NCBI RefSeq assembly: GCF_964213995.1
Contig: NW_027590920.1
Location: 1 to 64,000 of the forward strand
From: Mustelus asterias
Taxonomy: Eukaryota
Length of the DNA stretch: 64,000 bases
Direction: 5' to 3'
A program made the position numbers and the translations under genes. The notes beneath the pieces are model-generated. The model had not been told where the DNA came from. It saw nothing but the letters and a program-made list of their open reading frames with translations, and ran no database searches. How positions within the stretch are numbered: position 1 is the stretch's first letter; the number at the start of each line of letters is the position of its first letter. Below are positions 50,246 to 62,669 of the stretch, one piece after another.

Positions 50246-50589
50246 GTTCAAAATCAAATGATATTCAGGTTACGATACATTGGAAAACTCCACCAGGTTG
50301 TGATGTGATGTTTCGTTTCAATTTCCCGACTGCAAATCCTGCTCTTCTAAAACCCTGTATAACTGTTTCAAAACAGAAAAAAAGGGAGTGAGAGAGAACT
50401 CATAAAAACACAGGCAGTTTGTGAAATTGAACTGACTTAATCTGGTCATTTGTACGTCCGTCACTGGGAAAAAGTGACAATGAAAACTGCTGGATTGTTG
50501 TAAAAATGCAACTTATTCACTGATATCCTTCGGAGAAGGGAACCTGCTACACGGTCTGGGTCTACAGAAGACTGTCCCCACTAATTTCA

Positions 50590-51020
50590 AAACTGTTCCT
50601 GAACACCAAGGTCTGGGTCATTTGTGAACATTAGGAAGAGCAGGGTGTTAACACCAGCTCCTGAGAACTCCCAAACATCCATTAACCAATATTTCATTAG
50701 TTTCCTGTCCCGTGGACAATTTTGTGTCAATGTTGTTACTGTCCCTTTCATTCCACGAGTCATAACTTTGTTCCTAAGTCTGTTGTGCAGCAATTTATCT
50801 AATGCCTTTTGGAAGTCCATGTTCACCATATTAATAGCATTATCCTCAACACTGGTGTCTGTAACCTCATCAAAAAACAGGTTAAGCAGGTTAGTTCCCT
50901 TCACAAATCCATGCTGGCTTTCCTTATTAACCCACATTTACTCAGGTGACTATTAAATTTGTCCTCAATTATTGTTTCAGGAATTTTCCCTATTGCCAAG
51001 ACTAAACTGACTATAGTTTC
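50590..51020 (-). mobile_element. Degenerate CR1 RT fragment
   Basis: ESQHGFVKG..MDFQKALDK. Confidence 0.75.
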
Positions 51021-51529
51021 TGGGATTATCTTCACACCAGTTATTGGCCACCCACCTCATCTGCACATCTTTAGACTGTGGGAGGAAATATGGGGGAGGA
51101 CATGCAAACTCCACACAATCACCCGAGGCTGGAATCGAACCTGGGTCTCTGGCGTTGTGTTGCAGTAATGCTTAACCACTGTGCCACCCCAGAAATCTGA
51201 AATCGTTCCCAACAGACAGAGCAGACAAACCTTTGACCTTTCACATTCAAAAGCTGATGATATTCAGATTCTAAAGAACGGGATGGCTGCCAGATGTGAT
51301 GTGATCTTCGGTTTGAATTTTCCAATTGTCGTATTCTGTAAATCAAGATTACAAAACAAAAATCACTGTTAATCCAGGACAGAAATTTAGAAGAGATAAA
51401 TATTTCTCTTGGGTTGAGTTTTCTGTGTGTAAATCCTCCCCTTCTAACTCCCTGTAAAAGGAGTTTCCAAAGTCCATCCCTGTCAGTCCCGGAGAGAAAT
51501 TCACAACATTCTCTCCTCCTGCTGACAGG

Positions 51530-51930
51530 AAGCAGCGAGCATGCGCACTCCTGCACATCGCCCCAAAGATGGTGGCCGTTAACCCGGGTTTGTTACCGAG
51601 CGAAGCGGCGCGGAGCAGCTGTTGCCCCAGAGATACAAATTCGGGACCGTTAGCACCTTATGCTGCTTTCAGGTCCATTACAAGTGCTTATGAAGCTTCT
51701 CCATCCACCCACCAGCTCTATCTCTCCGGCCACGCCGCAAACTCACCGTCTGTGAATCGGTCAAAGCTAATCCACACTGCGCATGTACTCCATACTGTGA
51801 TTGACGGCGGCTCCGGACCAATAGGAAGAGGGGGCGGGGCTGGAGGACTGAGCGGGAGCGGCTGGTCCTCCAACCAATCGGAGTGAATGAGGGGCGGGGC
51901 TGACTCCGGATCGCTCTCATTGGCTGAAAC
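51530..51930. promoter_or_regulatory. CpG-island promoter (NRF1, YY1, CCAAT, GC boxes)
   Basis: gagcatgcgc, aagatggtggc, tgcgcatg, three CCAAT/ATTGG boxes, two ggggcgggg. Confidence 0.65.
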
Positions 51931-52000
51931 TCTGCATCATTGTGAAAGCTGCTTTGTGTCAAACTCCAGGAGAAAACTGGACCTTTCTGTTTGTGGCTTC

Positions 52001-52870
52001 AAACAGATGGAGCCCTGTGGGTGCGGAGCAAACAGATGGAGCCCTGTGGGTGCGGAGCAAACAGATGGAGCCCTGTGGGTGCGGAGCAAACAGATGGAGC
52101 CCTGTGGGTGCGGAGCAAACAGATGGAGCCCTGTGGGTGCGGAGCAAACAGATGGAGCCCTGTGGGTGCGGAGCAAACAGATGGAGCCCTGTGGGTGCGG
52201 AGCAAACAGATGGAGCCCTGTGGGTGCGGAGCAAACAGATGGAGCCCTGTGGGTGCGGAGCAAACAGATGGAGCCCTGTGGGTGCGGAGCAAACAGATGG
52301 AGCCCTGTGGGTGCGGAGCAAACAGATGGAGCCCTGTGGGTGCGGAGCAAACAGATGGAGCCCTGTGGGTGCGGAGCAAACAGATGGAGCCCTGTGGGTG
52401 CGGAGCAAACAGATGGAGCCCTGTGGGTGCGGAGCAAACAGATGGAGCCCTGTGGGTGCGGAGCAAACAGATGGAGCCCTGTGGGTGCGGAGCAAACAGA
52501 TGGAGCCCTGTGGGTGCGGAGCAAACAGATGGAGCCCTGTGGGTGCGGAGCAAACAGATGGAGCCCTGTGGGTGCGGAGCAAACAGATGGAGCCCTGTGG
52601 GTGCGGAGCAAACAGATGGAGCCCTGTGGGTGCGGAGCAAACAGATGGAGCCCTGTGGGTGCGGAGCAAACAGATGGAGCCCTGTGGGTGTGGAGCAAAC
52701 AGATGGAGCCCTGTGGGTGCGGGGCAAACAGATGGAGCCCTGTGGGTGCGGAGCAAACAGATGGAGCCCTGTGGGTGCGAAGCAAACAGATGGAGCCCTG
52801 TGGGTGCGGAGCAAACAGATGGAGCCCTGTGGGTGTGGAGCAAACAGATGGAGCCCTGTGGGTGCGGAGC
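52001..52870 (+). repeat. Minisatellite, 29-bp unit x 30
   Basis: Unit AAACAGATGGAGCCCTGTGGGTGCGGAGC, head-to-tail with no spacers. Confidence 0.97.
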
Positions 52871-53034
52871 AAACACATCAACATTTACCACTGAGATGGG
52901 TTCATTCAGCACAGACAGCAGGGATTAATTCAAGAATTAAGCGCAGTAATTATTTATCTTTGAACTCATCCCTTGGAGAACAGAATTTCAATTTGAACGT
53001 ACAATTTGATTTATTATTGTCACATGTATTAGTA

Positions 53035-53448
53035 CAGTAAGAAGTCTCACAACACCAGGTTAAAGTCCAACAGGTTTATTTGGTAGCACAAGCCACAAGC
53101 TTTCGGAGCGCTGCTCCTTCATCAGGTGAGTGGGAGTTCTGTTCACAAACAGGGCATTTACAGACACAAACTCAATTTACAAAATAATGGTTGGAATGCG
53201 AGTCTTTAAGGTAATCAAGTCTTAAAGGTACAGACAATGTGAGTGGAGAGGGGGTCAAGCACAGGTTAAAGAGATGCGTATTGTATGCAGGCTGTAAATT
53301 TTGTAAATTGATTTTGTGTCTTTCTATTCCCTGTTTGTGAACAGAACTCCCACTGACCTGATGAAAGAGCAGTGCTCCGAAAGCTAGTGGCTTGTGCGAC
53401 CAAATAAACCTGTTGGACTTTAACCTGGGGTTGTGAGACTTCTTACTG
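53035..53448. mobile_element. Short Penelope-like element with ~150-bp inverted termini
   Basis: 53035-53185 is the reverse complement of 53298-53448; hammerhead-like motifs at 53096-53125(-) and 53358-53387(+). Confidence 0.85.
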
Positions 53449-53514
53449 CGTGGAGCAAACAGCTCAATATTTGTCACTGAGATATGGGAACATCAAACAA
53501 TTCACAAACAGTGT

Positions 53515-54981
53515 CTCGTCACTGGACGCATGTGAGGTCCCAGAGGATTGGAGGATAGCTAATGTGGTCCCGTTATTTAAGAAGGGTAGGAAGGATAACC
53601 CGGGTAATTATAGACCGGTGAGCTTAACGTCCGTGGTGGGGAAGTTGTTGGAGAAGATTCTTAGAGATAGGATGTATGCGCATTTAGAAAGGAATAAACT
53701 CATTACCGATAGTCAGCATGATTTTGTGAGAGGGAGGTCATGCCTCACTAGCCTGGTGGAGTTATTTGAAGAAGTGACCAGAATGGTTGTCGAGGGAAGG
53801 GCCGTGGATGTCGTCTATATGGACTTTAGTAAAGCGTTTGACAAAGTCCCTCATGGTAGGCTGGTGAAAAAGGTTGGATCTCATGGGATAAAGAGGGAGG
53901 TGGCTAGATGGGTGGAGAACTGGCTTGGTCACAGAAGACAGAGGGTGGTAGTGGAAGGGTCTTTTTCCGGCTGGAGGCCTGTGACTAGTGGTGTTCCGCA
54001 GGGCTCTGTATTGGGACCTCTGCTGTTTGTGATTTATATAAACGATCTGGAAGAAGGTGTAACTGGGGTGATCAGTAAGTTTGCGGACGACACAAAATTG
54101 GCAGGACTTGCAGATAGTGAGGAGCATTGTCAGAAGCTACAGAAGGATATAGATAGGCTGCAAATTTGGGCAAAGAAATGGCAGATGGCGTTCAATCCTG
54201 ATCAATGCGAAGTGATGCATTTTGGTAGAAATAATGTAGGGAGGAGCTATACGATAAATGGCAGAACCATAAAGGGTGTAGATACGCAGAGGGACCTGGG
54301 TGTGCAAGTCCACAGATCCTTGAAGGTGACGTCACAGGTGGAAAAAGTGGTGAAGAAGGCATATGGCATGCTTGCCTTTATAGGACGGGGCATAGAGTAT
54401 AAAAGTTGGGGTCTGATGTTGCAGATGTATAGAACGTTGGTTCGGCCGCATTTGGAGTACTGCGTCCAGTTCTGGTCGCCACACTACCAGAAGGACGTGG
54501 AGGCTTTGGAGAGAGTACAGAGGAGGTTTACCAGGATGTTGCCTGGTATGGAGGGGCTTAGTTATGAGGAGAGATTGGGTAAACTGGGGTTGTTCTCCCT
54601 GGAAAGACGGAGGATGAGGGGAGACTTAATAGAGGTGTATAAAATTATGAAAGGCATAGATAGGGTGAACGGTGGGAAGCTTTTCCCCAGGTCGGTGGTG
54701 ACGTTCACGAGGGGTCATAGGTTCAAGGTGAAGGGGGGGAGGTTTAACACAGATATCAGAAGGATATATTTTACACAGAGGGTGGTGGGGGCCTGGAATG
54801 CGCTGCCAGGCAAGGTGGTGGAGGCGGACACACTGGGAACATTTAAGATTTATCTAGAGAGCCATATGAACGGAGTGGGAATGGAGGGATACAAAAGAAT
54901 GGTCTAGTTGGACCAGGGAGCGGCACGGGCTTGGAGGGCCGAAGGGCCTGTTCCTGTGCTGTATTGTTCTTTGTTCTTTGT
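53515..54981 (+). mobile_element. CR1 LINE, 5'-truncated, RT frame open
   Basis: VPEDWRIANV..FADD..GYKRMV*; tail of ttctttg repeats. Confidence 0.95.
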
Positions 54982-55107
54982 TTAATTCAAGAGGTAAATT
55001 AAAGGAATAACCGTGCCGACAGGTTAAAAAGGGAGAGAGTCCCTGGTTTCAATTAATGAACTGACAGGAGGTTTTGGACAGGTTAGAGAGAAGCTTAATA
55101 TTGTCAT

Positions 55108-55445
55108 CAAAGAACAATACAGCACAGGAACAGGCCCTTTGGCCCTCTAAGCCTGCGCTGCTCATGTGCCCACTAGACCATTCTTTTGTATCCCTCTATT
55201 CCCAGTCTGTTCATGTGGTTATCTAGATGAGTCTTAAACAATCCCAGCGTGTCCGCCTCAATCACCTTGCTTGGCAGTGCATTCCAGGCCCCCACCACCC
55301 TCTGTGTAAAATACGTCCCCCTGACATCTGTGTTTAACCTTGCCCCCCTCACCTTGAACCCGTGACCCCTTGTGTTCGTCACCTCCGACCTGGGAAAAAG
55401 CTTCCCACTGTTCACTCTATCTATGCCCTTCATAATTTTATACAC
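55108..55445 (-). mobile_element. CR1 3' end, same subfamily as 53515-54981, tail-to-tail
   Basis: YKIMKGIDRVNSGKLFPRS..GYKRMV. Confidence 0.9.
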
Positions 55446-55727
55446 AATTTTATATCATTCAGGAACGACTGATTTCAAAGACAATCTCTTTAGGTGGGGT
55501 GGGGGGGGGGGGGGGAGCGAGAAGGGGGGGGAGGGAGAAGGGGGTGGAGGGAGAAGGGCGTGTATGAATTCAAAGTGGCTAAAAGATGCAAGGTTTCTAC
55601 ATTGGACAATCACATTAAAATCCAACAGATGCGGGTGTGAAATGGTGTTAGCTGGGAAGAGCATGATCAGTTTATTGCACCAGGAAGCCTTAAAATCAGA
55701 TTATTTGTGTTTCACAACTGATTTTGG

Positions 55728-56010
55728 ACGGCACGGTGGCACAGTAGTTAGCACTGCTGCCTCACAGCACCAGGGACATGGGTTCAATTCTTGACTTGGG
55801 TCACTATCTATGTGGAGTCTGCACATTCTCCCTGTGCCTGTGTGGGTTTTCTCTGGATGTTCTGGTTTTCTTGTGCTGGTTAGGGCATTGGCTATGCTAA
55901 ATTCTCCTTCAGTGTACCCGAATAGGTGCTGGAGTGTGGCGACTGGGGAATTTTCACTGTAACTTCATTGCAGTGTTAATGTGACACTAATAAAAAAGAA
56001 CTTTAAAACT
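55728..56010 (+). mobile_element. tRNA-derived SINE
   Basis: cggcacggtggcacagtagttagcactgctgcc head. Confidence 0.8.
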
Positions 56011-56214
56011 AATATTCCTGCTAGATAGTCACATGAGAAAGTCTGTTATCTATCACCTCAAGTGCACAAAACAGAGAAAGATCCCAAATGTAAGAAACTG
56101 TCCAATCATTTGTAAATATATTTTATATGTTGACATTCTAACAGTCAGCTTCCATCACATTGAAGTCAATGGAAGGGGAGAAATGGTTAAAGGTTCCATA
56201 TAGAAATGTAACTT

Positions 56215-56575
56215 GATGTGTTGAAGATTATGAGGGGCATGGACAGGGTGCAGAGGGAGCAACTGTTCCCCTTAGTTGAACAGTCAGTTACAAGGGGACA
56301 CAAGATAAAAGTGGGGGGTTGGAGGTTTAGGGGGGATTTGAGGAAAAACTTTACCCAGAGGGTGGTGACAGTCTGGAATGCACTGCCTGAGAGGGGGTGG
56401 AGGCGGGATGCCTCACATCCTTCAAAAAGTACCTGCATGAGTACCTGGCACGCCATAACATTCATAACATGGGCCAAGTGCTGGCAAGTGGGATTAGGTG
56501 GGCAGGTCAGGGCCTTTCATGCATCAGTGCAGACTCGATGGGCCAAAGGGCATCTTCTGCACTGTAGTAATCTGT
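56215..56575 (+). mobile_element. CR1 3' end
   Basis: KIMRGMDRV..TRGHK..FTQRVVTVWNALP. Confidence 0.8.
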
Positions 56576-57887
56576 GATTCTGTTACCATGACCTTACATT
56601 GGTAGATTCACAAATGTTACACTAACATTTTGAAACTTAAACCTGCCATTTTACTCAGTCAGGAACAGATCCCAATTTTACACCAATCTCTGATTTGACA
56701 GCCCGTTTCCATTATTCACTGTTGTTCTTCCTGACTCTAAAACACATTGTAAAGGAGTTTCTGTTCCGTGTCCAGGAGCTCAGAGTCATGGAAGAGAGCG
56801 GCTGGACACATTTCTCACGCACCTCAGGATTAACCCACATGGAGATTTTGCTGTCAGTGAAGAGAGGTGAGATAAAGATAAAGTGGGGGGTGAGCCCACT
56901 TGTGCTTCAGCCGGGGGGTTGGGGGGGGGGGGGGGGAGGGGGAGGGGGGGTGGAATGAACAAATGAATCACTTCCCACAGTCCCCACATTTCCATGGTTT
57001 CCCCCCAGCTTGACTGTGCTTTTATCTTGTGTCCCCTCATAACTGACTCTTCAACTAAGAGGAACAGCTGCTCCCAGTGCACCCTGTCCATGCCCTTCTT
57101 TCTTCAGCCAGAGAGTGGTGAATCTGTGGAACTCTTTAGCGCAGAAGGCTGTGGAGGCCGGGTCATTGAGTGTCTTTAGAACAGAGATAGATAGGTTCTT
57201 GATTAATTAGGGGATCAGGGGTTATGGGGAAAAGGCAGGCGAATGAGGATGAGAAAAGTTTCAACCATGATTGAATGGCAGAGCAGAATCGATGGGCTGA
57301 GTGGCCTAATGCTCCGATGTCTTATGGTTTTCTAGAAAGACCAAAGTGCTGTTTGTCCCTCTCAGTGTGACCCTGAAGGACTGTGTCCAGGTTGAAGTTC
57401 TCTTCCTGCCATATGATCCTCCCCTAGATTACCCTTTCTGAGTTCCAATCAAGTGATGTTAAACACTCAGGTGGGAAAGACAAAAATATACAATAGGTTT
57501 AAACAAAGCTCAGTTACTTGACAGTCTCCATTCCAGTTATAGGGACTGTCAGAATGAACATGGTTCAGTCCTGGATGTGATTAACAGCAGCAATTACAGC
57601 AGAATCCCTGACTAAGTGACAAAGAAGCTCCATGAGTCCTCATACTTGCTGTTGAGGTGACGATGGAGGAGACAGTGGAGGAGGGGAGCTCTTCAAAAGG
57701 AACTAACCTGTGTCAGAGAAATTATAAACATTCATCAAACCGTATTTCACACATCGCCGGTTTATTTGACTTTTAACCCACAACATAAGCTCTACAACTG
57801 GGCTGGGGCTGATTAACATCAGCAGAAACAGGTGCCAATGAGAACGGTTCAGTCCTGCGTGTGATTAACAGCAAATCCAGTCACTCA

Positions 57888-58515
57888 TGAACTTGCTGGT
57901 GTTTCAGCAGCTGAGATAATGGAGTAAATTCCTTCCCACACACAGAGCAGGTTAACGGTCTCTCCCCAGTGTGAACCTCGCTGGGTGTTTCAGCAGGATA
58001 GATGACTGAGTGAATCCCTTCCCACACTCAGAACAGATAAACAGCCTCTCCCCATTGTGAATTCGCTGGTGTTTCAGCAGGTTGGATGAATCAGTGAATC
58101 TTTTTCTACACTCAGAGCAGGTAGGTAAAAGCTCTCTCCCCAGTGTGAACTCGCTGGTGATTCAGCAGGATAGATGAACGAGTGAATTCCTTCCCACACT
58201 CAGGGCATGTGAATGACCTCTCCCCTGTGTGAACACACTGGTGTGTCAACAAGATGGATGAGGTAGTAAATCCCTTCGCACACTTATGGCAGGAAGAAGG
58301 CCTCTCCCCAGTGTGAGCCCACTTGTGTTTCAGCAGGTGTTTCGGGGGGGAATGAACAAATGAATCCCTTCCCACAGTCCCCACATTTCCATGGTTTCCC
58401 CCAGCTTGACTGTGCTGGTGTCTTGACAGGCCAGGTGATGGGCTGGATCATTGTCCACTCACAGAACACGTGTACGGTTTCTCCCCACTGTTAACCGTGC
58501 TTTCCCCTTCCATGT
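57888..58515 (-). pseudogene. C2H2 zinc-finger pseudogene D
   Basis: MEGESTVNSGEKPYTC start, with finger repeats broken by several frameshifts; a partial duplicate lies at about 56885-57018. Confidence 0.85.
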
Positions 58516-59377
58516 TCAACTTACAATAATATTCGGATTACAATTATTTAGGTGATAGCGTCAGATGCTGCTGCGATGTTTTGTTTGAGTTTTTTGCCTT
58601 CCACCACTGAGCTTCTGAAGTCCTGTGAAAAAAATGTCCAAAGTTAAAGATTGATCAAAGACAAATATTTTTCTTAGTTTAGGTTTACGATGTGTAAATC
58701 CTCCCCCTCTAAGTCCATTTGAAAGGAGTTTCCAAAATCCATCACAGCGAGTCCAGGATAGAAACATTCCCTCACAGGGACAGTGATGATAGTTAACTGA
58801 AAAACGTAAGAACTAGGAACAGGAGTCGGCAATTCAGCCCCTCAAGCCTGCTCCACCATTCAATCTGATCATGGCTGATCTCACCTCTGTCTCAATTCCA
58901 CTTGGGAAGGTCCACCTGATGTTCCAGATAGATTGGAAGAAACAGATTTTATAATAACTAATTGGAAATGAGGGAAGGAAGCACAATAACTGTTACCAGG
59001 GAGATCAGTGTAAGCTGTACAAATAGAAAAGGTCAGATAACTGGATGGAGAATAAACGCTGTGTTTGATTTTATTCAACAGGGACAAAATGTGGATGGTC
59101 ACCGTGTTCCTGGACTGTGTCCAGCCTGAAGTTCCGTTCCTGCCGTACGATCCTCCCCCAGATTGTCCTTTTTGAGCCCCAGACAGGTGATGTTAAACAC
59201 TTGGGTGGGAAAGATAAAAATCTAAAACAATAGGTTCAAAACAAAGCTGGTTTATTGGACATATAACCAGAATATAAAACTTCAGTTAAATTATTTTCAG
59301 CAGAAGGAAACACTAACTGTCAGAATGAACATGGTTCAGTTCTGGATGTGATTAACAGCAGAATCTAATCCCTGCAG

Positions 59378-59884
59378 TCATTTGTGAAGCCGCTGGTGTC
59401 TCACCAGATGGGGTGACTGAGTGAATCCCTTCCCACACATGGAGCAGTTAAACAACTTCTCCCCAGTGTGAACTCGCTGGTGTCTCACCAGGTGGGATGA
59501 ATGGATGAATGCTTTCCCACACTCAGAGCAGGTGAACGGCTTTTCCCCAGTGTGAACTCGCTGGTGTGCCAGCAGGTGGGCTGACTGACTGAATCTCTTC
59601 CCACAGTCAGAGCAGGTGAATGGCCTCTCTCCAGTGTGAACTCGCTGGTGTATCCTGAGATCGGATGATTGAATGAATGCCTTCTCACACGTGGAGCAGG
59701 TGAATGGTCTTTCCTCATTGTGAGTGGTTTGGTGTCTCAGAAGGTCGGATGACCGAGTGAATCCCTTCCCGCACATGGAGCAGAGGAACGGTCTCTCCCC
59801 AGTGTGAGTGTGTCGATGATATTCCAGCCGAGATTGGTATTTGAATCCCTTCCCACAGTCCCCACATTTCCATGGTTTCTCCAT
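59378..59884 (-). CDS. C2H2 zinc-finger protein E (6 fingers), intact
   Basis: [20 protein letters not shown]; decayed fingers upstream within the same exon (acceptor at 60224-60225). Confidence 0.85.
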   Translation of the reverse strand: MEKPWKCGDCGKGFKYQSRLEYHRHTHTGERPFLCSMCGKGFTRSSDLLRHQTTHNEERPFTCSTCEKAFIQSSDLRIHQRVHTGERPFTCSDCGKRFSQSAHLLAHQRVHTGEKPFTCSECGKAFIHSSHLVRHQRVHTGEKLFNCSMCGKGFTQSPHLVRHQRLHK

Positions 59885-60552
59885 GGTGCCAGTGTCATTG
59901 TCTCTCTCCAGGTTGGATGATCAGTTGAAGCCTCAACCACACATAAACCACGTGTACAGTTTCTCCTCGCTGCGAATGGTGTGATGTTTTTTTCAGGCTG
60001 TGTAACTGGTTTAAGCTCTTTCCACAGTCAGCTCACTGGAACACTCTCACTCGGGTGTGTGTGTGTCTCAGTGTTTTTCCAGTCACACTGATGTTTGAAC
60101 AGAAAAGCATTTTTCCTTCCACATTGAACAGCCGATGATATTCAGGTCCTGATGAATTGTGTCACTCTGAAGATCTTAAAAATTATTTTTTTTCCTATCT
60201 GTAAATCCTCCTCTTCGAACATCCTGTGGAAACAGTTTACATAGAATTACACAGAATATACATAACAGAAACTGGCCATTTGGCCCAGTCAGTCTCTGCT
60301 GCTGTTGGTACTCCACAAGCATCTCCTTCCATTCCACCTCCCTCAGCTCAGTCTTTCACTTTCTCATTCTATTCTTTTCCCTCTTATCCACTCATTTTGT
60401 TTCATTTTGAAAGGTTTTTTGCCACAACTATTTCCTGTAGTAGCGAGTTTCACATTGTAGCTGCTCTGACCAACACATTTCTCCTTATTTCCCCTATTGG
60501 ATTTGTCAGTGACTAACTTACATTTCTGGCCCCTCATTTTGGATGATTCTAC

Positions 60553-60820
60553 TTATTTATTTATTAGTGTCACAAGTAGGCTTACATTAACACTGCAATT
60601 AAGTTACTGTGAAAATCCCTGCGTCGCCACACTTCAACGACGGTTCGGATACACTGAGGGAGAAGTTAGCATGGCCAATGCACCTAACCAGCACGTCTTT
60701 TGGACTGTGGGAGGAAACCCACGGAGAATGTGCAGACTCCGAACAGGCAGTGCCCCAAGCTGGGAATTGAACCCAGGTCTCCGACGCTGTCAGGCAGCAG
60801 TGCTAACCACTGTGCCACCC
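60553..60820 (-). mobile_element. tRNA-derived SINE
   Basis: Reverse complement of the 55728-type SINE. Confidence 0.8.
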
Positions 60821-61519
60821 ATTCTCCCACACAAGGAAACATTCTATCCCCATCTACAGTGTTCCCACATGGCAGACTGGGCAGAAACATCAAATCTCAA
60901 GAGATCCACGAGCAAGTTACATTTTGGATACAAAATTGCCTCAATAGCAGGAAATGCTAAAATGGGTATTTTTTGTGATGGAAGATGGTGACACAGTGGT
61001 AATATCACAGGACTAGTAATCCAAAGGCCCAGGCTAATATTCTGGGGACCCAGAAACCATCCGAAACCTCCATGGGCTGCTGTGGTTAGGGAAGACAGAT
61101 TGTCATCACCTTCTCAAAAGTATTCAGCAATGATAATAAATGCCAGTGACACCTGCATTCTGTAATAAATGAAAATGAAAAGAGCTGCAGCCTGTTTCCA
61201 GTAATTCAGTTTTATTAGTGTGCTAACATGACTAAAATATATTATCTAAGTCATACACGAGGTCATACAATTACTCACTGATAGGATTCACTTGGTCAGT
61301 TCCTATGTGATTGCAGGGGTTGGTTTCTGCAGTTCTTGCCACTGCTTTGTGAACTCTTGATTCTCCACCAATTCGCACTTTCCTTCTTTCTATGGAGGAT
61401 CTGTGCACTTGGATTTACATATTATTTGGTTCCTAACTTCATTTATTTGCCTCGCCGCCCTAATCCCCACATCATAGCAGAAAAACTAATTTGGACAGTA
61501 GATGGTGGGTACTTTACCC

Positions 61520-61930
61520 AGAGTTCTCCGCGGCGGTGGATGTCCCCTATCCAGGGCAGTGCGCAAACGCAATAGCGCTCTGTATTCGGAGCATGCGCAG
61601 CAATGGCCACGGAGTGTTCGTTGTTCGTCGTATCTCCAAACGGGTAAGAATATGGTGACCTAGAGAGAGTGATAGTGCCAGCCGTGGAACGGGGAATGTT
61701 TCGAAACACGTGGTGAAAGCCTCAAACCCCAAATACTGACCTGAAGGTCCCGTGTCTGCGGCTCCGTGTCTGTTTCCCGGGACAAAGCCGTAGTTAACGG
61801 CCGCCATCTTGTTCCAACGGGGAATGGCGCGCATGCGTGCCCCCTTGGTGACGCAATAGAGGGCGGGGCTTCAGTGTCTGTTTCCAATGAGGTCCGAGTT
61901 CCCGCAGAGTCACAGGAACCAATAGAAAGT
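61520..61930. promoter_or_regulatory. Candidate bidirectional CpG promoter
   Basis: gcatgcgc, ggccgccatctt (YY1), gcgcatgcgt (NRF1), gggcgggg and two CCAAT boxes, between divergent ZNF genes. Confidence 0.6.
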
Positions 61931-61934
61931 TTCA

Positions 61935-62232
61935 ACGTTTATTTATTAGTGTCGCAAGTAGGCTTACATTAACACTGCAATGAAGTTACTGTGAAAATCC
62001 CCTAGTCACCACACTCCGGCGCTTGTTCGGGTACATTGAGGGAGAATTTAGCATGGCCAATACACCTAACCAGCACGTCTTTCGGACTGTGGGAGGAAAC
62101 CGGAGCACCCGGAGGAAACCCACGCAGACACGGGGAGAACGTGCAAACTCCACACAGACAGTGACCCAAGCTGGGAAAACACCCGGGGTCCCTGGCGCTG
62201 TGAGGCAACGTTGCTAACCACTGTGCTGCCCA
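61935..62232 (-). mobile_element. tRNA-derived SINE
   Basis: Same family as 60553-60820. Confidence 0.8.
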
Positions 62233-62669
62233 GAGGAGTTTGTGGATCATTAACGTTTAAAGTTTATTTATTAGTGCCGCAAGTAGGGTAAATTAACATG
62301 GCAATGAAGTTACTGTCACACACTGGCGCCTGTTCAGGTCCACTGAGGGAAATCTAGGTGGCCCTTTTGGCAAGTGGTGTGCCACAGGAATCACTGCTGG
62401 GAACTGAACTGTTTACAATATATAGAAATGACTTTGATGAAGGGATTGCAGCGATGATTGCCAAATTTGATGATCACACAAGATAAACCATAGAAGCATT
62501 GAATCCGTACAGTGGAGAAGGAGGCCATTTGGCCCATAAGGTCTGCCCTGACTCTCCAAAAGAGCACCTTACCCAGGCCCACCACCAGCCCTATCCCTAT
62601 AATGCCACACATTTCATCATGGTTAGTCTACCTAACCTACATATCTTTGGACACTAAGCATGGCCAATC

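Noticed and set aside
52001-52870. CRISPR array, or six overlapping ~270-350-aa ORFs
   Set aside because: The units are contiguous with no unique spacers, the context is eukaryotic, and no cas genes are present. The ORFs are artefacts of a stop-free 29-mer.
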